Part shown: positions 12,172 to 23,164 of the stretch, one piece after another
Numbering within the stretch: the first letter of the stretch is position 1
Layout: each line of letters opens with the position of its first letter
Source: Octopus bimaculoides
Lineage: Eukaryota
NCBI RefSeq assembly: GCF_001194135.2
Contig: NC_068985.1
Span: 54,161,656-54,225,655 of the forward strand
DNA: 64,000 nt
Reading direction: 5' to 3'
Position numbers and translations under genes: made by a program
Notes under the pieces: generated by a model
Told to the model about the DNA's origin: nothing
Database searches by the model: none
Seen by the model: the letters and a program-made list of their open reading frames with translations, nothing else

Positions 12172-12442
12172 TTATCTTTTATCTTTTACTTGTTTCAGTC
12201 ATTGGATTGCAGCCATGCTGGGGCACCACCATGAAGGGTTTAGCTGAACAAAATGACCCTGGTACTTATTTTTTTTAAAGTCTGGAATGGATTCTGTTGG
12301 TCTCTTCTACTGAACCACTAAGTTATGGGGATATAAACAAAACAGCACCAGTTGTCAAATAGTAAGGGGAAGGGGACAAAGACACACACACATTTATAAC
12401 AGACTTCCACAGAGTTTCTGTCTACCAAATTCACTCTCAAGT
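12172..12442 (-). mobile_element. SINE family A, 3' half, about 130 bp from the exon donor
   Basis: TTTTATCTTTTACTTGTTTCAGTCATT...GCCATGCTGGGGCACCACC is the reverse complement of the family A tail. Confidence 0.8.
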
Positions 12443-12572
12443 CATTATATCATCAACTAGACATGAAGAATTTGGATATTAATTTAGGTGTGGAGTAGAT
12501 TAAGAAATATGAATATATATATTGAGACACACACACACAAATAATTAGAAGCTACCAAGTAAATTAACTTAC

Positions 12573-12688
12573 ATCAACAGGGCGTGGACCAGTTATACGG
12601 TGACTTGAACTGGAATTCTCTTTAGACTCCATAGCTTTTATCTGTCCTTGAGATTTCCCCAGTAATGTGAGTGCAACATAAGAACCAG
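12573..12688 (-). CDS. ARHGEF11/ARHGEF12: Internal coding exon (116 nt) of an RGS-RhoGEF: C-terminal strand of the PDZ domain plus linker
   Basis: On the minus strand: acceptor ttttcttcttcttgcag|CTGGTTCT and donor GTTGAT|gtaagt. Only one frame is open: (x)CT GGT TCT TAT... = GSYVALTLLGKSQGQIKAMESKENSSSSHRITGPRPVD (phase 1 in, phase 0 out). This matches, from recall, ARHGEF11 SGAYVALTLLG...RITGPKP and ARHGEF12 SGSYVALTVQG. Not in the ORF track because it is an internal exon. Confidence 0.88.
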
Positions 12689-13488
12689 CTGCAAGAAGAA
12701 GAAAATAAATAAAATAAATTGACAAACAAACAAATTAAAAGTTAAATAATTCTGGATCTGGTAAACCTTTGAGATGCTTGTCTACCTCTGGCATGTTTAT
12801 CCAAAAAGATACAATGAACTCGATACAACAAATAGAGAAAAGTAAGAAAACCATCTGCACCAAAAATTATATAAACAATTTTGATAATGATGGTTTTCTT
12901 TTTCATTCCACTTGAACTTATATGAAGAATAAGATGAAATGAGAAAACTTGTGAAAAAAATCACCATTTTTTTTCAAAAGATGGCATTAATGTCAGTTTT
13001 GTTTTGATTTATGAAGATAGATGTATATATCTAATTGTATCAGCATAACTTCTTCGCTAGATTTAACCATGACATTTTAATATCAATAACTTATTGACAC
13101 AAGGCTATAAATTTATAGGATATGGCTATAGTTCATTAGACTGACCTCATTTTACCTGTTTGCCATTATCTTTATTAGTTTCAAAGGGGAGGGAGAATTG
13201 ACAAAGTTACTTGATCACCATCATCACTTTCATCTGTTTTCTATGCTGGCAGGAGGTATACAGTTCAACAGGGTCTGGTAAGTCAGATGTCTTCATCATG
13301 CCCCAATGTCTGATTTAGCATGGTTTCTATTGCTGGATGCCTTTCCTAATGCCAACAATTTTACAGACTATACAAAGTGCCTTTTTTCATAGCACCAGCA
13401 CTTGTAAGGTAGCCTTACAACTTGCAAGACTAAAGGCTTAAAGAGATCTCCACAACTTACAGTGTTTGAAGTCAAGAGTATATATATA

Positions 13489-14744
13489 CAGAGTATGTTG
13501 GGTAAATTGTCACCATTTTATACTTTTAATTTCACACATGCGCATTGTTTGCTTTTTATTTTATTAACTACATAGCATAGCAAAGTCAGTTGGGCACTGC
13601 CTACCAGAAAAACAGCACTATGACGCAATTCACTCTGCCAGATATTTGGAAACAACATGCTGTACTGCTTGGCATTTGCACCGGAAGCTCCAATATGAAC
13701 ATTTTAGAGTGTTTGGGTGTCAATCTGAGGACAGTGCAGAAGATTCGGAAAGAGTTGGATGAATCTAATGGTGATTACAAAGGTATGGCAGCTCAGAAAA
13801 CTCACTCTAATTGTTCTGATAAGAAAAGAACTCCTGAATTTGTTAGTGAGATCCAGGCCTTGATGGACAACAATCCCTCCAAGTCAATCAGGTCCGTCAC
13901 CAGGAACATGGCAGTGCCTGAGTTACTTATCAGGCAAGTAGTGCATGAAGATATTCGGTATTCTTCATCTCCTCTGACCAAACCTGCTTTGGTTTTTCTC
14001 AGACGAAAAATTTCAGCCAGGATCAGATGATGAATACACAGAACATCCACTGGATTGCTATGTCCCCAAAACATGCAACAAGAGTGATAAAAATCAAACA
14101 GCCAGTCAACATCGTAGTGTTTGGAGTGATCATTAGTGATGGCGATGTTATATCTCTATTCATCTTCCCACTCAGTCTCAGACTCAACATGGNNNNNNNN
14201 NNCTCTATTCATCTTCCCACTCAGTCTCAGACTCAACATGGAGGCCTACATCAAGTGCCTGGAAGAGGTAGTGCTGCCCTGGGTCATGAGGGTGGCTGCT
14301 GGAAGATCCTATGACTGGCAACAGGACTCTGCACCATGCCACACAAGCAAGAGAACCCAGTCATGACTGTCAGACAATTTCTTCAACCACATCACCCCTA
14401 ACATCTGGCCACCTAACTCCCCAGACTGCAGCCCCCTTGATTATTGTGTGTAGGGCACAGTTGAGTGAGAGACCAACAAAACTCCTTGTAACACGAAAGA
14501 TGAACTGAAGGCAAAGATTATGGCAGCATTCACCAACTTAAACAAGACCATCCAGAAGAGTTGCAGGATATTCCAAAGCTGTCTGGAGGCCGTGGTTGAG
14601 CCAATGGCAATTTTATTGAATAAATTTACTCTTGCATTTCATGATATTTTTTTGTAATTTTGGTAAATATATATGTTAAAATGAGATGTCAGTATTATTT
14701 TCATTTTTGCATAATTTAGATGACAATTTATTCACCGCACTCTG
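13489..14744 (+). mobile_element. Full-length Tc1/mariner-superfamily element, maT/DD37D type, pseudogenised transposase
   Basis: TA-flanked TIRs CAGAGTATGTTGGGTAAATTGTCA / TGACAATTTATTCACCGCACTCTG. Motifs: FSDEK (frameshifted), WQQDSAPCHTS, WPPNSPDCSPLDY. I count 37 codons between the 2nd and 3rd D; in-frame TGA/TAG stops. Confidence 0.9.
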
Positions 14745-15496
14745 TATACACACACACACACACACACACATGCGGACAGAAATATGAAATACCATTCTAG
14801 CCTAATGATTTGGTGCCCAGCCATATTTATCGATCACAGTCAATAAGTATTAGGGAAAGGAAAGGTAAGGAAATCAGTATATTATTGAAAGAAATTATAT
14901 GCAAATATAAATTTCTAATAGAGATCATTAGCCCTTTCATTACCATATTTCTGTTGAAATACACTTCGTTTGTTTCAATTAATTTTGAAAATAATACAGA
15001 ATTTATAAAAATAAACTTTGTCATCATTAAGCTGATGTTTGGAAAATAAATTAACATAAAATTTTGATGGAAGTTTTTAATTAAGATTATCTAAAACAGG
15101 AAGTATGTAACATAGAACTAGAACAGTCTCAAACAGGTGTGTATCAAAAGGGTTAGAGTACCAGTAAATGTTATGAATTACTATCTTTATTGTTAGTGGA
15201 TTATGGAATACCTTAGTTGAAGATTCACAGACAACTATTTGCAATAAATACAAAGCCAACTTTCTATTTTCTTGATCATTTTGAAGGTAAACATTTCATC
15301 CAAATAGGATGATTGATTCTTAGCTTTAGTTTTCTCATTTATAACAAGTACTGCTTTAAGATACTTGTTAACTTGTTCTATTTTACTAATAATGTGTGGG
15401 CTTGTATAAAAATAGGTTAATGAAAAATGTTACATCCCAATGATGTTTTTAATTGAAAAGTAAATACTGACTGATTGGTCAGGTAAAAACAACATG

Positions 15497-15538
<42 letters not shown>

Positions 15539-15885
15539 NNNNNNNNNNNNNNNNNNNNNNNNNNNNNNNNNNNNNNNNNNNNNNNNNNNNNNNNNNNNNN
15601 NNNNNNNNNNNNNNNNNNNNNNNNNNNNNNNNNNNNNNNNNNNNNNNNNNNNNNNNNNNNNNNNNNNNNNNNNNNNNNNNNNNNNNNNNNNNNNNNNNNN
15701 NNNNNNNNNNNNNNNNNNNNNNNNNNNNNNNNNNNNNNNNNNNNNNNNNNNNNNNNNNNNNNNNNNNNNNNNNNNNNNNNNNNNNNNNNNNNNNNNNNNN
15801 NNNNNNNNNNNNNNNNNNNNNNNNNNNNNNNNNNNNNNNNNNNNNNNNNNNNNNNNNNNNNNNNNNNNNNNNNNNNNNNNNNNNN

Positions 15886-15943
<58 letters not shown>

Positions 15944-16293
15944 GTATGCAGATAAAACAGGTGACAAATAGGAACAATAAATGAGACAAACATAAAATTC
16001 TGAAATACATTAAAACATTTCAAAGCCTCATTGTGGTTTAAATAAAAACATAAACATATCTTTGTATGTATTGAAAAAACAAACCTCCTTCTGAGGTTTG
16101 TTGGCCTCTTTTCAGAAGACATACCCAGTTTCCTTCTCCAATCAACAGTACAGATCAGCTGCTAATAAAGCAGTCATGAATTAAGCTAGCACTGTAGTGG
16201 ATACCTATATATTTCTGTTTTTCCAACTCATCACTAATTAATATCTAAAGTCATTTTAGTTCTACTGATTGTTAATGAATAGATATTGATTGA

Positions 16294-16513
16294 CCCTTTT
16301 GATGTCACCCCACTTGAGACTGCTCCTGATGCTATGGTACAAGCGTTATATCTTAAAGTGATCTAAGCTATAACTTTGCATCAGAATAACATACTCATTT
16401 ATGCTCCAAACACCAGGTTAATAATGACAAAATTATTTTACTATATTCTCCATTATTTTTCAAAAATGAAGTGAAAGGTAATATATTTCAACAGAAATAT
16501 GGTACCACATGGG
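16294..16513. mobile_element. piggyBac-type MITE family PB2 (degenerate)
   Basis: TTGA|CCCTTTTGAT...ATGGG|CTAA. Homologous to 20686-20915 (TTAA|CTCTTTT...AAGGA|TTAA) and about 43443-43660; partial copies near 39620, 52480-52620 and 63340. Confidence 0.6.
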
Positions 16514-16969
16514 CTAAACATGAAAAGACAGCATTGCTTGATGCATTCTGATAACTGAAGTTATGGAAATGGAATCCAAACAGAAGTGTATGTGTGTGGG
16601 GTGGGGTTGAAGCAATAATGCTGATTTGTCACTGAATGAAAAATCTGATTGTGGATTTTAGAAATCAAATTTACTAATTATATTAAATCAACCCAAAGAT
16701 TAATTAATACCACCAACAAAAATTTGAAATGTAATATTTTTTTAATTTCTTCTCCACTACAAAGTTTCTGAAGTTTTGAAACAATATTTCTTCGCTGGCA
16801 TAGTAAGTTGGGTAGCTCTACAAATTCATATGCTTACATCATTCCAAGATAGACATGTTCTGACTGTATATACATCTTGACACTAATCAAAGTGAAGCTA
16901 AAGAATGAGCTTTGTCTGTTTAGATTGTCTTACATAATTAAAAGTATTTCGCCAACGATCTCAGTGTGA

Positions 16970-17130
16970 GGCTGAAGTCAGGATTTTAACGCAAAACTTA
17001 AATCAACTTTTGCCTTTCATTCTTTCAGGAACAGTAAAAAAAGGGATCAGTCAAGTACAGGGCTTAGTGTAACCCATTCGACTCTGTCCCATTGAAATTA
17101 CTGGCCTTGTGCCAAAATTAGAAAAGTATT
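16970..17130 (+). mobile_element. SINE family C, degenerate
   Basis: CAACTTTTGCCTTTCATTC...TCAAGTACAGGG...GGCCTTGTGCCAAAATTAGAAAAGTATTACT. Confidence 0.6.
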
Positions 17131-17499
17131 ACTACTACGAATCAGAAGATGAACAACATTCAAACCATTGTAGATCTTCCCAGTATGATGAAGTTGAACT
17201 CATGCAGATTATTGACTATTGAGAATATATGTTGGAGGAAGAGAGAGTTACAGTTAAGTTTGAAATTGAGACACAGCAAGGATGATAAGAGTAAGTGATA
17301 TGAGGTGGGTGGAGATGAAGTTCATATTGCAAGTTGACAAGATTAAGGTTTGGAGTAATAATAACAATGGCCAGAAAGAGAGAGAGAATATCACATCTGC
17401 AAACCAATGGTTGTAGTACATTGGTGAATTAGTTTTGTGACTCAGCTAGGTGGATTTATTTTTATGCAGTCAAGGATGTTTATGTGTGAACAGTATGTT

Positions 17500-18560
17500 C
17501 AATGTTAGCCACACTTGAGTTTTGTGGAGGATCAGCAGTTGAAGTACTATCCGGCTGTAAAGAGGAAGCCTAGCCTTTGAAATGCAATTCTGTTGATGTT
17601 ATGCATGTCTGGTCTCCGTGAAAGACGAGGTTTAACATTTATAGACAGTTTTACTGTTTTAGCTGTGTATTGTTTATAAGTAGGGAGGGCGTAGCTTTGC
17701 AAGATTGTTTCCGTGATATGTGTAGTCATTGTGTCTTGCTGTGATTTGAAAGAGACTAGACTATCGTATAGCTTGTCATATTTCCATTGGAGGATATTCT
17801 TGAGGTTTTTGTCCATAAAAGAAGCACAAGTCTGGTGTGGAATGTCTAGGTTTGTGTAGAGTCGACCAAATATGAGTAGAAGATATGCTGTCAATGTTAA
17901 GTAGCAGTCTCAATGAGACATTTTTGATCTATGAGATCAAGGGGAAAGCAAGCATCCATTAATGGTTGACTTTCTTGACTTTCATTGGTGTGATATGGAA
18001 AAATAGTCTCCGGTAGAAATGGTTTTACTTAGTATAGCAAAAACAATGTTGTTGCCTTTGACTATGCCTGACATAAACCCTTCAATGGATCCTTCTAATG
18101 GATCCCTTGGATATCATAGATCAAAAGTGCTCATTGAGACTGTTACTTAACATTGACAAACATATCTACTATTCATATTTGGTTGGCTCTTCCCTCAGAC
18201 CTCCATCACTGAAAGTAATGGAGGAGAGGGTTACGATTACTTTCATCACATTTGATATGTCAAAAGTGAAATTGATAGGTCGGTAATTGATAGGAACAGA
18301 GAGACTGACCTCTTTGCATATTGGATATACTATTACATGTCACCATAATCACAAAGAGAAAAAGAGAAGACACTTGAAGTGTTTACTGAGGATAAGCAAT
18401 AGCCCTTGAATAGACTACTTAGAAAGAATGAAAGGAACACCATCACAAGCAAGTTGTTTAGTTGGTCTGAAATAATCATAAATATTTTTACAATTTGAAG
18501 ACTGCATATGCAATGGTAAAGTAGGTGGTGGTTGAGAAGTGGTGTTTAGTAGGGGTCTTC
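17500..18560 (-). mobile_element. Decayed CR1/Jockey-like LINE RT fragment with internal deletion and inverted duplication
   Basis: Minus-strand translation gives ACDGVPFILSK and YPICKEVSLSVPINYRPINFTFDISNVMKV (RT start, NYRPIS..SKVME-like). After the rearrangement it gives LDLIDQK...STLHKPRHSTPDLCFFYG, like the RT C-terminal region. Confidence 0.6.
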
Positions 18561-19346
18561 TTGAAAAAAATTATATTTACATCAGGGTTTTATCAAAATA
18601 ATTATCTATGAGAAATGTTCAGAAAAAATCAGTGTATAATAAAGCATTTAAGTTGGTGCAATTCTAATTTCATTAGCAATTTTTATGCGCTTTTTTTCTT
18701 TTTTATTCAGATATACCCATGGCCTTTCACAGGATCCCTAAAAGAAAAAAAAGGTATCATCTAACTGGAGAGTAGCCCTGAATGCTCATAAAAGAGTGGA
18801 CTCTCCCCAAAACACCCAAAGTGCCAGATGGTGATGTTAAACCAGGTGATGAATTAAGCCAACCATCCAAGTAAGCCACAGAACAATTTGAACCAATCAA
18901 CTCCTTTAAATCAGTACCATTTTTAATGACAATGAAAGGATGAAAGACAGAGTTGATTTTGGTGGGATCTGAACTCAGAAAGTGGAAAGACTCAGAGCAA
19001 ATGCAAGACATTTTGTTTGATGTTCTAAAGCCTCAATCAATTCACTACTCTGGTTCTACAGTACCACTATTGATAGCAGCAGTGGTGGAAAGTGGAAGAA
19101 AATATTATGATGGTAGGCAATATCGTGAAATAATAATAACTTTTTTTCTCGTTTTGGCAAAAAGCCAGCAATTTTGAGGGCAGGAGGAAGTCGATTACAT
19201 CAACTTCAGGTACATATTTTATTAATCTGAAAAGGATGAAAAGTAAAACTGATCCTGTCAGCATTTGAACTCAGAATGTAAAGAGTCAGAACTGCTGTTA
19301 AGCATTTTGGCTGGTGCAGTAATAATATTGCCAGTGTACTGCCTTG

Positions 19347-19801
19347 AATCATCATCATCATTGTTTTAACATCCACTTTTCCATGCTGGCATGGGTTGGA
19401 CAGTATTTGTTGAAGCTAATTTTTCTATAGCGGGTTGCCCTTCTTGTTGTCAACCTTCACCTGTTTCTTAATAAGACAATATTTCCCCATGACCAGACAT
19501 ATTTTTACAGAAGATTGGAAATGAATTGCACTGCTTGTATGTCTGAGACACTTGCTTACAGTTATTACATGATGTAAAGGCAATGAGACAGTAACATGCA
19601 CACACACACACGTGCATGTGTCTGTTTGTGTGCATGACAGACTGCTTTTAGTTTCCACCTACCAAATCTGCTCACAAGCCTTTGGTTGTCCCAGGGCTAT
19701 AGTAGAGGACACTTGCATTGAGGTGCTACGCAATAGGATTAAATCCAAAATCATGTGGCTGGAAAGCAAACTTCTTACTATACAGCTACACCTGTGCCTA
19801 A
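19347..19801 (-). mobile_element. SINE family B (family A head and core plus RTE-type (GAT)n tail), full length
   Basis: Head identical in pattern to family A; ends CCAACCCATGCCAGCATGGAAAAGTGGATGTTAAAACAATGATGATG. Other copies at 22056-22495(+), 22915-23320(-), 24040-24735(-), 28490-28830(+), 50540-51010(-), 53610-54005(+). Confidence 0.8.
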
Positions 19802-20257
19802 CTTCTTTCAGTTTCTGTCGACCAAATCCACTCACAATAATAATAATTGTAAACAAGACAATTTAAACCAGAATCACTAACTTATTTTGCAGTTGAAGAA
19901 TTCAGTATCTAAACAAAAATGTCGAAATAAATCCAATGAAGTCACTATTAAAAATGAATCTTATTTAATTTATTTAATTTCAAAAAAATCCTCAATAAAA
20001 CAAAATTATGAAATAGAAATTAAAATATTCATAAACAATTTAAAAGTATATCAGTCATTGTTAGCAGGACAATAATCTAATTCTCCAAAAAACATTAAAA
20101 ATAATTAAGAAATCATTGAACAGGTTAGTCAAAAGTTCATGGGTAGAGGTCAGCATCTTTATAAATATGTCAGACTTCCATAAAAAGTAGCAAATCCAAG
20201 GAAAGATTCACAGGAGAAAAAGAGAAGAAAAAAAAAAACAAGAATATCCACATAACC

Positions 20258-20625
20258 ACAGGCATGGATGTATAGTAAGAAATCTGCTCCCCACTTATAT
20301 AGTACTGGGTTCAGCCCCACTGAGTGGCACCTTGAGAAATTGTCTTCTGCTACCATAGGCCCAGTTAGCCAAAGTCTTGTTAGTGAATTTGGTAGACAGA
20401 AATTGAAAGAAGCTTGTATGTGTTTATCTCCCACCACTACTTGACAACTGGTGTTCATGTGTTTACATTCCTGTAACATAGCAGTTCGGCAAAAAGACAT
20501 CGATAGAATCGGTACCACACTTTACAAAAAAATATAATAAATACTGCAGTTGATAAGTGCAACTAAAATTCTTCAAAGCAGTGCCCTGGCATGGCCGCAG
20601 TCTAATTACTGAAATAACTAATTTA
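20258..20625 (+). mobile_element. SINE family A
   Basis: Head, core and tail modules as at 2124. Further copies at 26886-27250(-), 32857-33206(-), 45560-46060(+, spans gap), 49047-49408(+), 58185-58478(+); fragments at 38908-39200, 44015-44100, 51040-51220. Confidence 0.8.
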
Positions 20626-21558
20626 AGAGAAAATATATGATGTAGGAAATAAGGAATTGGTAAAAGATCAGAAAATTTATGTTAACTCTTTTCATATCAA
20701 CCCGCCTAAGACTGGCCATGGTCCTCTAACACAAACTTCTTGTTTTAAAGTGATCTAAATTAAAATTTTAGTCTTAAATTTTCATATTAATTTTGTTGCA
20801 AACACCCTGCAAAGAAGTGACAGAATTATTTTGCTGTGTTATTCATTATTTTTTTAAAGCAATTGAAACTAACAATATGTATTGTAAGAAAAATATGGGC
20901 TAAATAACAAAAGGATTAAATGACATTCAGAGCACAGGGAAGAGTAAAAGTGACTTCCATGTTGGACACATATAAGACTAAATTCAAACAAAAATAATAT
21001 TAGTAATAATCATATTTGCTATAAGGATGACAGACAAGGTGGTTGGCATTAAAGAAGCGGGCAACAAATGGGGTATGTGTGTGTGTGCTGGGTATATTAA
21101 ATTCCAGTGAGTGAAATGAAAGTATAAACAGTTCAAAAAATTTCATTATGTGTCTAGCAGAGGGTCACCACCCAGAGGCCAGTCTAGGTACTCCAGATAT
21201 AAAATTGCACTAACTACCAAGAATAAGTGCCATTTTCCAGCTGTCATTGTCACCACTCCTATAATTTTACACACACACGCACACACACACAAAAAGGGAT
21301 TGTTAAAAAGTTCCTAGCTTTGAGTAAAAGAAAATATAGGAGGATCAGTTAATTATGATTTTGACTCACATACTTATTGCGGTAATCCTTTAGTTTTTCT
21401 AAGCCCTATAAAAGAACTCAGAAGGTTGGGCCTNNNNNNNNNNNNNNNNNNNNNNNNNNNNNNNNNNNNNNNNNNNNNNNNNNNNNNNNNNNNNNNNNNN
21501 NNNNNNNNNNNNNNNNNNNNNNNNNNNNNNNNNNNNNNNNNNNNNNNNNNNNNNNNNN

Positions 21559-21676
21559 GGAGAATATACAAATAATAACAACAGACGAGGACAGGTGGTG
21601 TAAATAACAAAAGGATATATTAGTATGACGCTCGGGAATACGGAAAGTCTTTGACGTTTCGAGCTATGCTCTTCGT
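21559..21676 (-). mobile_element. Microsatellite-anchored repeat with a partial minimal hammerhead-ribozyme motif (Penelope-like terminal repeat)
   Basis: Minus strand 21676->21647 reads ACGA-A-GAGC-ATA-GCTC-GAAA-CGTC-AAAGAC. CpG-rich and related to 41285-41490. Left part is lost in the gap at 21434-21558. Confidence 0.55.
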
Positions 21677-23130
21677 GTGTGTGTGTGTGTGTGTGTGTAT
21701 ACACATACAAAATACTTTTTTAACGTTCAAAAACAACCAGCAAATATTGCCAAAATTATAGAAATAATTCAGAAAAACCAATTAATACTGAAAACAAAAT
21801 TATACAAATTATTCTACTGTGACCACACAGTAGAACAGAAACTAATTGACTGGCAAAAACAATTAGGCAACACATTGCAAACTTGTTCAGTTCACTGTCA
21901 CCTTACTTTTAAATTTTGTCTCCTTACATCACAAAACCACTAAACATAAGACCCCTCTCTCACACTATACATGATAACTTAGTGGAAAATTCCAAAGAAC
22001 TAACAATAACTTACAACATTTATTTTAAATTGAAGAAAATGTTATATATTATAACTGGGGCACAGGTATGCCTATGTGGTTGAGGAACTTGCTTCCTAAC
22101 CACTCAGCTCCAGGTTCAGACCCACTACATGGCACTTTGGGTTAAGTGTCTTCTATTACAGTTCAGGGCTGCTCAAAGCCTTGTGAGTAGATTTAGTAGA
22201 TGGAAACTCAAAGAGGCTTGTTATGTATATATGTATATGTTTGTGTATTTGTGGGTTGGTGTCTTCTTGTCTTGACATAGCATGATTGATGTAAATGAGT
22301 GTCACCATCATAAAGCAGTGTCCATTTCCAATCTTCCATGAAAACATGCCCAGCCACGGGAAAAAAATTATCTTACATTAGAAACAGGCAAGAGTTGGTG
22401 ACAAGAGGAGCATCAAGCCATAGAAAATCTGCCTTAATAAATGCCATCAGACCCATGCGAGCATGAAAAAGTAGACATTAAAACAATGATGATGTAACTA
22501 TTTGGAATGAGACAAACATGCTAAACACAGCCAAACTTATAACTGTTCCAAGACTGAAGATCATCAAACAAGAGCTGGGCTCCCCACCCCATTTGTGCTG
22601 AAATATTTCTCACAGGGGTTGAAGGAAGCTAGTAGAGAAAGCTAGCAAGTGAGTGATACAGCAATTGCTATTTCTGCCAGGAGCTTTCAGACTGGAGATG
22701 ATGTAGCAAATTCCAATTGCAATCACTTATACCCATATAACAAGATGTTGAAAATAATATTTCTGAGGTGTGTGAATGTCCAGCACCAATAAGAGAATCA
22801 ATGATGAAGTAGTAAACAGAAATGACACAAATAAAAACTGCTTTATTTATTCACAGTATCTTGTAATCTAAATCTAACACTTTCTTAGGAGTACCCTCCC
22901 TCATGCAGGCTTGTCATCATTGCCATCATTATAACATCCATTTTTCCATGCTTTCAAGGCTCAGATGGAATTCATGGAAGCAGATGCTCTTTCTGTTGCC
23001 AACCCTCATCAATTTCCAAGTCAGATAATATTTCATTGGGGCCAGGCATATATATATGTGGAAGACTGGAAACAAAAGACATTACTTGTATAATGGTGAC
23101 ACTTGTGATCATCCTGTAACATCTGGACAA

Positions 23131-23164
<34 letters not shown>

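Noticed and set aside
14154-14241. 39-bp direct repeat inside the maT transposase
   Set aside because: The two copies sit on either side of a 10-N gap and removing one restores the reading frame: contig-overlap artefact.
15417-16122. Long ORFs across N gaps and microsatellites (also 29039-30076, 31313-32254, 33149-33703, 45478-45975, 59276-59679)
   Set aside because: Open only because N runs and dinucleotide repeats lack stops.
17547-17894. ORF with RLYTNLDIPH resembling the Penelope RT SLYTNIP motif
   Set aside because: Another frame of the same DNA fits the CR1/Jockey-like LINE C-terminus better and is collinear with the NYRPI fragment.
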